A model generated the notes under the pieces. It ran no database searches, had not been told where the DNA came from, and saw nothing but the letters and a program-made list of their open reading frames with translations. A stretch of DNA of 64,000 bases from a virus: positions 1-64,000 of the IMG/VR virus record IMGVR_UViG_3300019487_000005. The stretch is one strand, 5' to 3'. The translations under genes and the position numbers were made by a program. Positions 1 to 9,312 of this stretch are shown one piece after another (position 1 is the stretch's first letter; each line of letters starts with the position of its first letter).

Positions 1-131
1 CCGTGAAAGCGCTGGCGAAGATGCAGCGAAAGTAAAAGAAGCACTGAACTGTGCACAACAGATGCGCGAATGGCTTAAGAAGCTGGGTAAAAGGGAATGG
101 AGCCGATACGAACCAGTCTAGCGAGAGGGAA

Positions 132-308
132 ATGATGAACAAGCCAGTGATTCCATGTCCGAGTTGTCAGGGAGAAGGTACGAGCACGGCCGTTGTATGC
201 GGGCGGCGTTGCAATGTAATGCGGCTTAAATGTGGCACTTGCAAGGGTACAGGTACCGTCACTCACGGGGGGCTTCTATGCGGTACGAAGCGCAACGGAT
301 GGGAGTAG
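132..308 (+). CDS. small DnaJ-type zinc-finger protein (two CxxCxGxG motifs)
   Basis: ORF 51..308. In-frame ATG at 132 follows GAGAGGGA. Motifs CPSCQGEG and CGTCKGTG. Confidence 0.55.
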   Translation: MMNKPVIPCPSCQGEGTSTAVVCGRRCNVMRLKCGTCKGTGTVTHGGLLCGTKRNGWE

Positions 309-593
309 ATCTAGCGGAATGATCACGCATTGAGCATGGACGCGAGCCTGAAACCGAAGCTGGATCTAGCGCATTTAGTCAACGTTGCGCCGAATTAGGG
401 ATTCGCTGATGGCTAAAAACGTAAACATTCAGAGTGTGCCAAGATGATTTCAGTTTTAACCATTCCCCGGACGGGGACACGGATGGCAGCCGTGGTTGAG
501 ACAACCAGACCTGGGCCCTGATCTCAGGGCGCGACTGGTCGCTACTTCGACGGTTGTCCGAAGTCAACTGCCAAACGCGCCTCGCGTCCTGAG

Positions 594-1379
594 ATGAGGG
601 TCTTTTTGTCAATGAACATGACTTGGTATCCACACTTCATGGCCGACTACGAATCCGACACCCAGCACCTTTCCTTGATTGAACATGGCGCATATCGCCT
701 GCTCCTGGACTACTACTACAAGCACAAAAAACCCCTTCCTGCAAATGCATCTATTTTGCATCGCGTTTGCAGAGCGTTTGCAGACGATGAGCAGGCTGCA
801 ATCCAAAATGTTTTGGACCAGTTTTTTGTCCTAAAAAAGGATGGCTGGCACCAAAAACGTGCTGATGCAGAGATTGATAAGGCCTCAGAAATTTCTGCTA
901 AGCGAGCCGCCGCGGCTAAGGTAAAACATAGTAAACAAAAGGAGATAGGGACACGAATTACAAGTAAAAACGGGACTAAAAAAGCAGCAGAAAACGGTTC
1001 TGCAAATGCACTGCAAATGCATACACAACTCACAACTCACAATAATAAAGAAATACATTCTTCTCCGAAGCCGGAAATTAAACCCCGCGACGAACTCTTT
1101 GAGGCCCTAGCTTTCGTGTGTCGGGTGGATTGGAAGATCTGCCCAGACGAGCAGCGCGGAGCTCTGAACCAAACAACCAAGATTCTGCGGAAGGCTGGAC
1201 GAACAGCGGAGGAAGTACGCCGGGTGGGCGATTGGTGGTTTGCAAATGACTGGCGAGGGAAGCAAGGGCAAGCTCCGCGGGCGGAGCAGATCCGGGAGGT
1301 TTGGGCACAGGCGTTTGCCCCAATGCCTGATCGAGACGAACACCCGAACGCCTATCGGCCAGGAAAGATGGTGTACTGA
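594..1379 (+). CDS. DUF1376 (YdaU-like) replication-associated protein
   Basis: N-terminus WYPHFMADYESDTQHLSLIEHGAYRLLLDYYY matches the DUF1376 signature as I recall it. True start may be ATG 612 or 618. Confidence 0.7.
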   Translation: MRVFLSMNMTWYPHFMADYESDTQHLSLIEHGAYRLLLDYYYKHKKPLPANASILHRVCRAFADDEQAAIQNVLDQFFVLKKDGWHQKRADAEIDKASEISAKRAAAAKVKHSKQKEIGTRITSKNGTKKAAENGSANALQMHTQLTTHNNKEIHSSPKPEIKPRDELFEALAFVCRVDWKICPDEQRGALNQTTKILRKAGRTAEEVRRVGDWWFANDWRGKQGQAPRAEQIREVWAQAFAPMPDRDEHPNAYRPGKMVY

Positions 1380-1837
1380 TGAACTGGGATTATGAGGGCG
1401 AGTTTCTAAATGCGTGGTCGCCGGCGCGACGATCACTGATTGTTAACCAGTTTTGTAACGCAGTCCGGGCGGGGGCATTCACGGTGAATCAAATACTTGA
1501 AATGGTAGGGGCTGAGGCGAATGAGTATTGGTTCCAAAATGGCGATGGTGGAGAGCGTGGTCAAGCCCAACGGCTTTTATTGAAATTGATTGATGAGCCC
1601 GAAACCCGGAAATTTGCTGAGTTTATTCTCCGACGTGAGGGTTTGCCTGACGAGGAAAAAAGACGATTGAAGGAAGCAGCTGGAGATCGTTATCGCCGGG
1701 ATTACATGGAGAAGCAGCCTCCCACGGAAAAGCAACTCGGTTATTTGCGGTCCTTGGGCTATCTACACACGCCGACTAACAGGTTAGAAGCAAGCGATCT
1801 GATCGAAAAGCACAAAAATGGCAACGTTCAGAGATAG
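1379..1837 (+). CDS. hypothetical protein
   Basis: 152-aa ORF. Its ATG overlaps the upstream stop (ATGA), so it is probably translationally coupled. Confidence 0.6.
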   Translation: MNWDYEGEFLNAWSPARRSLIVNQFCNAVRAGAFTVNQILEMVGAEANEYWFQNGDGGERGQAQRLLLKLIDEPETRKFAEFILRREGLPDEEKRRLKEAAGDRYRRDYMEKQPPTEKQLGYLRSLGYLHTPTNRLEASDLIEKHKNGNVQR

Positions 1838-3644
1838 GGACACTCGGCCAACTGTTCATCCGCCAATTTTGGAGGCGATACCGCTACAGGTGCGCCGACT
1901 TGATCAGTGGGTACTCTGGTACTTTCTTTGGAAGGAAGAAACGAAACAGTGGGCGAAGGTTCCGATTAATGCCAAGACATTTAATTTTGCTAAGTCAGAC
2001 GATCCAGATACATGGGCATCGTTTGAAAAGGTGGCTGAATGTTATGGAAATGAGCCGGAGAGTTTTGATGGTGTAGGGTTCGTATTTAGCGCTGATGATC
2101 CGTATTGCGGGATCGACTTCGATAACTGTGTTGTGGGGGATGGAACTATAGATCCGAAAGTGTTGGCAGAGATTGAGCGCCTCGACTCTTACACGGAATT
2201 TTCTGCCAGCGGCACAGGGGTTCACGTCATCGTGGCTGGCGCCTATGGTGGGGGGAATAAGCGCAATGATAAAGAAGTTTATGACCGCACAAGATATTTT
2301 GCATTCACCGGTCGGCCTACAGGCGAAGTACGAAAGATCGAATGGCGACAGAGGGAAATTGAACGACTGCGGGCCGAACTCGCCCCCGTCCCACGTGCTG
2401 AGGTTAAAGCTGAATCGATTAAGGTCGGTGCCACGGCTGGCGAACTTCTCAAAGCAGCATTCAGCTCGGTAAAAGGGGAGCGAATTCGTCGGCTCTATGA
2501 GGGCGACATTAGTGAGTATGGTGGTGATGATTCGGCGGCGGATCTTGGATTGTGTGGGATGCTTGCATTTTGGAGTACGGGCAATCCGGGAATTCTGGAT
2601 GAGATGTTCCGAGGCTCGCGTTTGTTTCGTGGGAAGTGGGACAAGAAGCATAGTACTGATGGGCGTACTTATGGGGAGATGACGGTTCAGCGGGCGCTGA
2701 CGGGTAAGACCGAGTTTTATAAGCCAGGCAAGAAACCCGCAGTTGCCCCGAAAGAAGATCCAGCGACCGGAATTTATCCAGCCAGTTCTCTGCGTAAAGA
2801 ATATTTTGAACTGTATCGCAAGGGTCGTCAGCCTGGGGAGCATCCTGGATGGGATTCATTGGCTGAACTCTACACGATTAAGAAACAGCAATTCACTGTC
2901 TTAACTGGGATTCCCGGTTCCGGGAAGTCAGCATTTCTTGATGCGCTGCTTGTCAATCTAGCAGTTTCCAAGGGATGGAAGTTTGCAATTACCAGCATGG
3001 AAAACCAGCCAATTGAAATGCATATGAGCATGCTGGCAGAGCTCTACCAGGGGCAGCCATTCAGCGAAGGGCCAACTCCGCGTATGACGGAAAGCGACGC
3101 CGGAAACGCGCTTGAGTGGATTGGTAAGCATTTCATCTTTGTCCTACCGGAAGAGAAAGACCGAACATTAGAAGGTTTAATTGGGCTGATAGCCGAACTC
3201 GATGTCGATGGCGTGATAGTAGATCCCTGGAATGAATTGGAGCATCGGCGCCCGGCAGCGATGACAGAAACGGAATATATCAGCCATGCACTCTCGAAGA
3301 TGCGGCATCATGCGCGACTATTCAATCAGCATTGGTGGTTAGTAGCCCATCCCACAAAACTACAGAAAGACAAAAACACCGGGCAGTATCTAATCCCGAC
3401 TCTGTATGACATAGCCGGTAGTGCTCATTTCCGCAACAAGGCGGATTTTGGCCTCGTGGCATGGCGGAACGCCGGCGAGCAGATAGGGCCAACGACGATC
3501 TATGTTCAGAAGGTTCGTTTTCGCTGGTGTGGAAAACTCGGCCAGTGTGATCTCTATTTCGACCGAGTTACAGGCCGCTATTCGGAGAGAAATAATGTCT
3601 ATCCACTTTCTTGGCAAGATGAATGTTACGAGGAATCAGCATGA
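1818..3644 (+). CDS. bifunctional primase-polymerase / DnaB-like replicative helicase
   Basis: N-terminal prim-pol-like region with a PriCT-like segment (DSAADLGLCGMLAFWS...). Walker A GIPGSGKSAF, Walker B-like VIVDPWNELE. 608 aa. Confidence 0.85.
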   Translation: MATFRDRDTRPTVHPPILEAIPLQVRRLDQWVLWYFLWKEETKQWAKVPINAKTFNFAKSDDPDTWASFEKVAECYGNEPESFDGVGFVFSADDPYCGIDFDNCVVGDGTIDPKVLAEIERLDSYTEFSASGTGVHVIVAGAYGGGNKRNDKEVYDRTRYFAFTGRPTGEVRKIEWRQREIERLRAELAPVPRAEVKAESIKVGATAGELLKAAFSSVKGERIRRLYEGDISEYGGDDSAADLGLCGMLAFWSTGNPGILDEMFRGSRLFRGKWDKKHSTDGRTYGEMTVQRALTGKTEFYKPGKKPAVAPKEDPATGIYPASSLRKEYFELYRKGRQPGEHPGWDSLAELYTIKKQQFTVLTGIPGSGKSAFLDALLVNLAVSKGWKFAITSMENQPIEMHMSMLAELYQGQPFSEGPTPRMTESDAGNALEWIGKHFIFVLPEEKDRTLEGLIGLIAELDVDGVIVDPWNELEHRRPAAMTETEYISHALSKMRHHARLFNQHWWLVAHPTKLQKDKNTGQYLIPTLYDIAGSAHFRNKADFGLVAWRNAGEQIGPTTIYVQKVRFRWCGKLGQCDLYFDRVTGRYSERNNVYPLSWQDECYEESA

Positions 3645-3856
3645 GCACTCTTCAGCAGGAAGCAGAGGAAATAGCGAATACCGTATTCACTTCTACGCAG
3701 CGGATCAGGGAGAGTTACGAGAGGCAGATCAGGCAGTTGGCTGAAGAGTTGGAAGCGAGAGACACGCGGATCAGGCAGTTAGAAAATCAATGTCGAATAT
3801 TAGCTAAACGAGTAGACGAGCTTGAGGGTAGGGATGACACCGGCGCAGGCATTTGA
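3623..3856 (+). CDS. hypothetical coiled-coil protein
   Basis: 77-aa ORF rich in heptad-like E/R/L residues. Overlaps the upstream gene end. Confidence 0.5.
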   Translation: MLRGISMSTLQQEAEEIANTVFTSTQRIRESYERQIRQLAEELEARDTRIRQLENQCRILAKRVDELEGRDDTGAGI

Positions 3857-4022
3857 GAAGCAGAAAGAGCGGGAGCGTCGGTTAAGGGACGAAGAGACGA
3901 TCCGTCAGTTGAGACATGAGTTGAGGATTGAGCGGGCCCAGAACGATTGTTTGCGAGAGCTATTGAGATTAACGGGCAATCGAGTGATCAAAGCTGAAAG
4001 AGAAGCGCGGGAAGTTTTATGA
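3834..4022 (+). CDS. hypothetical coiled-coil protein
   Basis: ORF 3822..4022 (TTG). First ATG is at 3834. Confidence 0.45.
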   Translation: MTPAQAFEKQKERERRLRDEETIRQLRHELRIERAQNDCLRELLRLTGNRVIKAEREAREVL

Positions 4023-4240
4023 GTTTTAAACAGAAAACGGCTGGTATCGCAGTTGATGACTATAAATTAGCATTTTATAAACGCGAACTGCGACGGTCTG
4101 GCTTTGATGATTTTGACGTGTTTACTTTTACGAAAGGGACAAGCCTCATTGAGGTGAGAACTACAGCAGATCGCATACATGAAATCCATAACCTTTGTCG
4201 AGGGTTAGAGTTGTCATTCAAAGGAGGAATACAACAATGA
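4019..4240 (+). CDS. hypothetical protein
   Basis: 73-aa ORF with ATGA overlaps at both ends. Confidence 0.55.
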   Translation: MSFKQKTAGIAVDDYKLAFYKRELRRSGFDDFDVFTFTKGTSLIEVRTTADRIHEIHNLCRGLELSFKGGIQQ

Positions 4241-4566
4241 AAGATCGTAAGGATCAAGAGGTATGCACAACTGATGGTCGCCCTGGAGAAGACGCAAATA
4301 TAACGGTGCGTTCTGATGGGCAACAAAAAGATTATCTGGTGTTATGTACAAGCGAGCGGGCTAAGGGCTTTATACGCCCAGTGCGTGGTTCCTATCGCCA
4401 TTTGAAATGTGGCTCTATAACAACGATGGGTCAATCTATTGCGGAGACCTATGCTCGAGATCCTGGATTCTATTCAGCAACATTTTGCTGTGCATGTGGC
4501 GCTCACTTTCCTGTTGGGACGGATGGTGAGTTTGTTTGGGATGACGGCACGAAGGTAGGAACGTGA
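4237..4566 (+). CDS. hypothetical protein
   Basis: ATG 4237 is preceded by AAAGGAGG and overlaps the upstream stop. Confidence 0.6.
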   Translation: MKDRKDQEVCTTDGRPGEDANITVRSDGQQKDYLVLCTSERAKGFIRPVRGSYRHLKCGSITTMGQSIAETYARDPGFYSATFCCACGAHFPVGTDGEFVWDDGTKVGT

Positions 4567-4685
4567 ATTTGAGAAGTTCAGTAAGTTTGTTCTACCAACC
4601 CACTAGGAAAGGAGGGAGCAGATTTAAATAAAGCCAGGGGCTGCGTTTTTTCTAAGTGTGTGAGCGCGGCCCCTGAACAAAAATC

Positions 4686-4934
4686 ATGGGAACGGTAGAA
4701 GCTCTACAACTTGAGTTATTCAATCTCAGCCGCAAGGTAGAGAGTTTAGAAGAGCGGTTGAATGAACTGGATCGTGGGCCCGCGACTACGAAACGCTGTC
4801 AGAGATGCGGAGGACGATTGGCGCTGGATTTGTATCGCCGAGATCGCCGCAGTCCTGACGGACGGTGGTTGTACTGCACTCCCTGCGAGCGTAAGAGAGG
4901 GAAAGAAGGATACCGGAGGAAGCAAGCAGCGTGA
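4686..4934 (+). CDS. hypothetical zinc-ribbon protein
   Basis: CQRCGG ... CTPCERK cysteine pairs. 82 aa. Confidence 0.55.
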   Translation: MGTVEALQLELFNLSRKVESLEERLNELDRGPATTKRCQRCGGRLALDLYRRDRRSPDGRWLYCTPCERKRGKEGYRRKQAA

Positions 4935-5185
4935 GTCCAGCAATCCCTTCCATGAGACACCGATGTCATTCCTGTTTACTCCTCCGTCCGGTGGGGCAGT
5001 TTGAATTGGATGAAACTACACCTTCAGGGCTCTCTAATTTCTGTGGAGTATGTATTCCTCCGATGAAGAAAATATTGGTTCCGATCAAGGTTGAGCCGAA
5101 GGAAGTTGAGGAGCTGGAGTTGAAAGGGTTTAGTGATCTGCTGTGGCCAGTGAAGCAGGTGGAAAGAAAGTGGAGGGCAGGATGA
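4931..5185 (+). CDS. hypothetical zinc-ribbon protein
   Basis: GTG start overlaps the upstream stop. CHSC ... CGVC cysteine pairs. Confidence 0.5.
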   Translation: MSPAIPSMRHRCHSCLLLRPVGQFELDETTPSGLSNFCGVCIPPMKKILVPIKVEPKEVEELELKGFSDLLWPVKQVERKWRAG

Positions 5186-5524
5186 ATGTTCATACCGTTG
5201 ATGGTGCACGATCCGATAACACAACAACTTAAACCTCTGGATTTGTCTGAAGTGGCTTATGAGTCAATTGAATTTGCTGTAGCTGAATTAGATGAAATGG
5301 CCGTCAGGTTTCGCTTTTTAGCTGATTGCTTAGCGGACGGATTAGGCGCGAAGGCTCAACTACAGAAGTGTGCTCGAATGCTTCATGAGCGAGCCGCTAG
5401 GTTGCTTTATCAATCTTGTGAACATCAGTTTGAATGGCAGATGCAGCCCGGGACGCCACATAGCCCACCGGAACACTTTCACATTTGCAAGCATTGTGGT
5501 GCAGAGAACCAAGATGATGAATGA
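5186..5524 (+). CDS. hypothetical protein
   Basis: 112-aa ORF that directly abuts the upstream gene. Confidence 0.55.
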   Translation: MFIPLMVHDPITQQLKPLDLSEVAYESIEFAVAELDEMAVRFRFLADCLADGLGAKAQLQKCARMLHERAARLLYQSCEHQFEWQMQPGTPHSPPEHFHICKHCGAENQDDE

Positions 5525-5560
5525 TTGACAGTTTCAAAGTTGAGAGTGGAGAGTTAATTG

Positions 5561-6097
5561 ATGAGTGCGGTACTTAAATCAATCATGTCTAGTGAAAGCG
5601 TTGAGTGGGGCACGCCCTCTCGTTATATCGAGGCAGCGCGAATGGTTATGGGCCAGATTGATCTTGACCCAGCAAGTTGTGACGCGGCGAATCGAACAGT
5701 CAGAGCGGCGCGATATTTTAGTGAGTTAATGGACGGGTTGAAGCAGTTATGGAGAGCGGAAACTGTTTTTCTCAATCCACCTTATGGGAAAACAGGCAAC
5801 CGGAGCAATCAAGATATTTGGGCGGAAAAACTCATCATGGAGTACAAGTTTGGCGAGATTAAGCAGGCGATCTTATTGGTGAATGCTTGTACCTCCGAGA
5901 GGTGGTTTCAACCGTTGTGGGTGTTTCCGATATGCCTAACTAATCATCGAATTAAGTTCAACGATCTAAACGGTTCAGGGCGGACGCAACCGACGAAAGG
6001 ATCGGCGTTCGTTTATTTAGCGCCGAATGACGGAACGTTCGTTGAGCACTTTCAGCAGTTTGGGCCAATTGTTAAGGCTCATTGGTTATGGCAATGA
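5561..6097 (+). CDS. phage Dam-family DNA N6-adenine methyltransferase
   Basis: EWGTPSRYIEAAR...IDLDPAS...VFLNPPYGK (NPPY catalytic motif), typical of the phage N6A methylase family. Confidence 0.8.
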   Translation: MSAVLKSIMSSESVEWGTPSRYIEAARMVMGQIDLDPASCDAANRTVRAARYFSELMDGLKQLWRAETVFLNPPYGKTGNRSNQDIWAEKLIMEYKFGEIKQAILLVNACTSERWFQPLWVFPICLTNHRIKFNDLNGSGRTQPTKGSAFVYLAPNDGTFVEHFQQFGPIVKAHWLWQ

Positions 6098-6186
6098 AGT
6101 GTGAAGGCAATCGACATGTATTTCCGAACAACTCAATGATCTGCATCTGTGGCCGGATAGATCGCAGAAAGAAAATGATGCAATGA
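6088..6186 (+). CDS. possible 32-aa Cys-containing peptide
   Basis: Small ORF below the track cutoff. It fills the gap and has an ATGA overlap with the next gene. Confidence 0.25.
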   Translation: MAMKCEGNRHVFPNNSMICICGRIDRRKKMMQ

Positions 6187-6380
6187 AAAAACCTCGTGTG
6201 ACTTTCGAGATTATCAGGGCGGTGAACAACGAATTCTTTGTAAGGATCGTGATGCGAAATGGAAGATTCACCTGGAATACGGGAGAAACGCATCTCAAGA
6301 AACAAAGTTGCAAGCGGGCGATTGAAAGATTAGTAGAAGCTCTTCATGGTCTTGATTACGAGATAAAGGATTTGACGTGA
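6183..6380 (+). CDS. YegP/DUF1508-like small protein
   Basis: FFVRIVMRNGRFTWNTGETHLKKQSCKRAIERL resembles the DUF1508 repeat. Confidence 0.5.
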   Translation: MKKPRVTFEIIRAVNNEFFVRIVMRNGRFTWNTGETHLKKQSCKRAIERLVEALHGLDYEIKDLT

Positions 6381-6709
6381 CTTTACCTCTCTTCGATCAC
6401 CAACCTTACAAAGTAACTGGAATCACCCTCCGTGATCGGGGGATGAAGCGGGTAGTTCGGAATACACCTCCTGACTTTCAAGCAAGGTTTAGATCGGTAG
6501 TTGAGATTCTTCCCAGAGGGACTTTATTCACGGTAGAAACAGTGAGAAATGCCTTACACGATATACCTCCAGAGGTGCATTCAAACTACTTTGGGGCGGC
6601 AATGCGTTCTTTGGCAAGGCAGAACTTGATTAAGTCTACAGGCCGCATGGTGAACGCTGAGAGAGTGTCCAGGCATAGTGGATTGTTGAGGCAATGGGAA
6701 CGACTATGA
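6377..6709 (+). CDS. hypothetical protein
   Basis: 110-aa ORF. GTG start overlaps the upstream stop. Confidence 0.55.
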   Translation: MTLPLFDHQPYKVTGITLRDRGMKRVVRNTPPDFQARFRSVVEILPRGTLFTVETVRNALHDIPPEVHSNYFGAAMRSLARQNLIKSTGRMVNAERVSRHSGLLRQWERL

Positions 6710-6912
6710 TGAGCCTAAAAGATAAATTGTTTTATACCGACAAAGATTTATGTGAGGCGCTGGAAGTGGATCGGCGTACTCTGCATCGTTGGCGAGAGAA
6801 ACGCTTGATCTCTTTCATTCGGACTCCTACTGGGAAAATTCGTTACACGCGAGAGCACATCGAAGAATGGATTAGGCGCAATCAGAAACTAATGCGGGGT
6901 AAAGCGGCGTGA
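6694..6912 (+). CDS. excisionase/AlpA-like helix-turn-helix DNA-binding protein
   Basis: DKDLCEALEVDRRTLHRWREKRLISFIRTPTGKIRYTREHIEEWI is a typical excisionase-family HTH. Convergent with the integrase. Confidence 0.7.
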   Translation: MGTTMMSLKDKLFYTDKDLCEALEVDRRTLHRWREKRLISFIRTPTGKIRYTREHIEEWIRRNQKLMRGKAA

Positions 6913-8127
6913 TTACTCTTCGTCTTCCTGTTCCAGTAACTGTGCAGCTCGTCTTCTTGTGGACTTATCAACGTGCATATAGCGCCAGGTAGTCTTAGGT
7001 TGAGAATGACCCATCAACTTGCCAGCCTCCTCGAGACTCATACCACGCCGGATCAGGCGTGTAGTGGTGGTGTGTCGCGCATCGTAAAGACGAAACCCTT
7101 GCAGCGGGATTCCCTCAAAGCCGGCGAGCCGTTTAGCCGTGGCGAACGACCTCTTAACGGATTTGAAAGGAACATCTACTTTCTGTTTTCCCTTCCCTTT
7201 CTTGTATGTAAAAACAAAATCGTCGGGTTTCTTTTTCTCGCACAGCAGTTCAAGTGCGGCTTTGGCTTTAGTCGTGAGATCAATGGTTCTTTCGCGTCGG
7301 CGTTTGCCTTTATAGGAAACCACGGTGATGCAGTTGTCTTCCAAGTCTACGTCTTTGACTTTGAGTTGAAACAATTCAATCGGTCGGCACCCTGTGGCGA
7401 AGGCACAAATCAGCAATGGCTTCAAGTGTTCTCGCCGGGTATCTTCTTCGCAGGCAGCAAGGAGGGCTTCTTCTTCTACTCTCGTGGCGATTCGTTCGCG
7501 TTCGGTTTCTTCGGCCTTTTCAACCAGGGGATCGCCCTCAGCAAATGGGTTGCGTTTAATCCAGCGACGTTGCGTGGCGAGCTTGAACATGCGTTGCAAA
7601 ACCTCGAGTTCTCGGTGAACGCTGGCAATCGAGCGTTGCCACTGTTCCTTGATTATTGTCTTAGTCCGCTTGCCCTTCTTGTCCCGTTTGTACTTTTCTC
7701 TAGTAGCCGGGGTACGCAGACGAGTGCTTTTGAAGGTTTCCAAATCTCCATAGGTAATGCTTCTGACTCGTTTGTGCGGCCCGAAGTAAGCGATCAGAGC
7801 ATCAGCTTTGCGGCGAGCGTCTTTCCACGAACGCATGCCCGCCTTCTTGATGCCCTTGCGGTCGTACTCGGCTTCTATTGCATAGTTTTTCTTGTAAAAC
7901 TCAGCGAGTTGTTTGATCGTCAGGGTCGAGCCATCAATGCTCACGTCCTCGCGTTCATCTATGTCTTCCAGCAGATCCTTAATATGCTGGCGAGCTTCCT
8001 TTTTGGTGCCGCTCTTCGACTTCTTTTTCTTGTCGTGGATCTTCCCTTTATCGTCCGTCCAGGTGACGCGACCATAAAGGTTTCCTTGGGGGTCATACCA
8101 AAAACTTCCAGTGCGGGCACGGGGCAT
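6913..8127 (-). CDS. int: tyrosine site-specific integrase
   Basis: 404 aa. C-terminal catalytic region ATGCRPIELFQL ... LYDARHTTTTRLI ... GHSQPKTTWRYMHV (R, H-x-x-R, H, Y). Confidence 0.92.
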   Translation of the reverse strand: MPRARTGSFWYDPQGNLYGRVTWTDDKGKIHDKKKKSKSGTKKEARQHIKDLLEDIDEREDVSIDGSTLTIKQLAEFYKKNYAIEAEYDRKGIKKAGMRSWKDARRKADALIAYFGPHKRVRSITYGDLETFKSTRLRTPATREKYKRDKKGKRTKTIIKEQWQRSIASVHRELEVLQRMFKLATQRRWIKRNPFAEGDPLVEKAEETERERIATRVEEEALLAACEEDTRREHLKPLLICAFATGCRPIELFQLKVKDVDLEDNCITVVSYKGKRRRERTIDLTTKAKAALELLCEKKKPDDFVFTYKKGKGKQKVDVPFKSVKRSFATAKRLAGFEGIPLQGFRLYDARHTTTTRLIRRGMSLEEAGKLMGHSQPKTTWRYMHVDKSTRRRAAQLLEQEDEE

Positions 8128-8304
8128 AAACCTCCAGATTCAATGTCCAGATTCAACAGGCGACACAAACTACATCAATGTCCCATTAAGTCTCAAGAGC
8201 AGGGTATAATTAGCCATGTTTTATTTGCTGGGAGCATGAATAATCCGGTGTTTTTAAGCGATGATCCGGTGGAGTCACGAGGCGTCCGAAGAGCGAAACG
8301 AGTG

Positions 8305-8349
8305 CTTTTAACCAGTGGGTCGCAGGTTCGAGTCCTGCTCGGCTCACCA
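8305..8349 (+). other. attP core: 3-prime half of a tRNA-Lys(UUU), not a complete tRNA
   Basis: CTTTTAA anticodon loop, CCAGT, GGGTC, T-arm GCAGG-TTCGAGT-CCTGC, acceptor TCGGCTC, A, CCA. Close to my memory of E. coli tRNA-Lys. No 5-prime acceptor, D-arm or complementary anticodon-stem strand lies upstream. Confidence 0.7.
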
Positions 8350-8441
8350 ATAAAAACGCTTCCTTCTCACGCCTCGCCTAAAAAACTTCCAGATTTAATT
8401 TCCAGAAACGCAGGGAAAACTGCGTCAAAAGAGAGGGTGTG

Positions 8442-9113
8442 ATGTACCTGTACGCGGTTCAAATGAAGATTCCTAAGTACCCATTTTGCCCGATTAAGAT
8501 CGGCTTTAGTGTTGAGCCGTCTCGTAGAGTGCGGGAGTTTACTCAGGGCCCGTTCCCAACGGTTTGGCTAGGCCAATGGGATGCGCCTAATGGGTACGCG
8601 GATGAATCCGCTGTGCATGCAGCGTTTCATCGTTACCGTCTCTTTGGTGAATGGTTCTATCCAGCCCCAGAGGTAATAACATTTCTTGAAGAGAAATTAG
8701 GCGACCAAATGACTTTAGATGCTGAGGCTAAATCTTCCCGAGTTCGGAAGTTTGAGCGACGATTTGCAGAAATGTTTCAGCAAGGACAGCCAGCTTCTCT
8801 ACCAGATCCTTTTGATCTTCCGGCGTATTTTCCTTTGCCTTATGAAGCCGCGCTGAAAGAGTACATGAAAGTAATCACTGAGCGATGGCCTTATTACGGA
8901 GCACCAGATTTCAGACCAAATTTGCAATGTGCAACCGAGGAAGATCTGGTTGAGATTCTTGATATTTCTTTAGATGAAGTACGCACCAAGGTTCCGTGTA
9001 TAAGACTAGACAAAAGCACTGTTCGTTACGACTTGGAATGCGTGCGGCGATTTCTTATGAAGCACCCAACTTATTTAAGGCGACATCAACAGACAGTTCT
9101 ACAGGTCAAATAA
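8442..9113 (+). CDS. T5orf172/MUG113 (GIY-YIG-like) domain protein with C-terminal HTH-like segment
   Basis: LYAVQ...PIKIGFSVEPSRRVREF...AVHAAFHRYRLFGEWFY. Confidence 0.65.
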   Translation: MYLYAVQMKIPKYPFCPIKIGFSVEPSRRVREFTQGPFPTVWLGQWDAPNGYADESAVHAAFHRYRLFGEWFYPAPEVITFLEEKLGDQMTLDAEAKSSRVRKFERRFAEMFQQGQPASLPDPFDLPAYFPLPYEAALKEYMKVITERWPYYGAPDFRPNLQCATEEDLVEILDISLDEVRTKVPCIRLDKSTVRYDLECVRRFLMKHPTYLRRHQQTVLQVK

Positions 9114-9312
9114 ACGCCAAGTTTAGGGGAAGGAGGTGATGCCAAGTGATGAGATGCGGAATTTGTAGCACGGTGCACAGCAGCGATATTTCCTGTCCTC
9201 GACCAGTGAGTTAGCCGGGGGCTGCGTATCCGGCAAAACAACACGCATCTATTCCGATGCATCCGGCTAAGAATTTAAACACGCAGGAAGGTTTCTGAAA
9301 GGATGAAACGAG

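Noticed and set aside
481-600. Short palindromes (GGTTG-AGA-CAACC, GCCCTGA-TC-TCAGGGC) upstream of the DUF1376 gene as an origin or iterons.
   Set aside because: They are single copies with no repeated iterons or AT-rich unwinding element that I can see. That is not enough evidence.
1995-2843. A 282-aa minus-strand ORF, plus other ORFs inside 1818..3644.
   Set aside because: They are antisense or out of frame within the primase-helicase gene, which has clear motifs.
8272-8349. A complete 78-nt tRNA using GAGTCAC as the acceptor 5-prime strand.
   Set aside because: Only 5 of 7 acceptor pairs form, no D-arm can form (GGCG...CGAA), and the anticodon stem 5-prime strand (GAGTG) does not pair with CCAGT. 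Only the 3-prime half is tRNA-derived.
6973-8442. A 489-aa + strand ORF.
   Set aside because: It is antisense to the well-supported integrase and runs through the attP region. Its composition is low-complexity and has no recognisable motifs.
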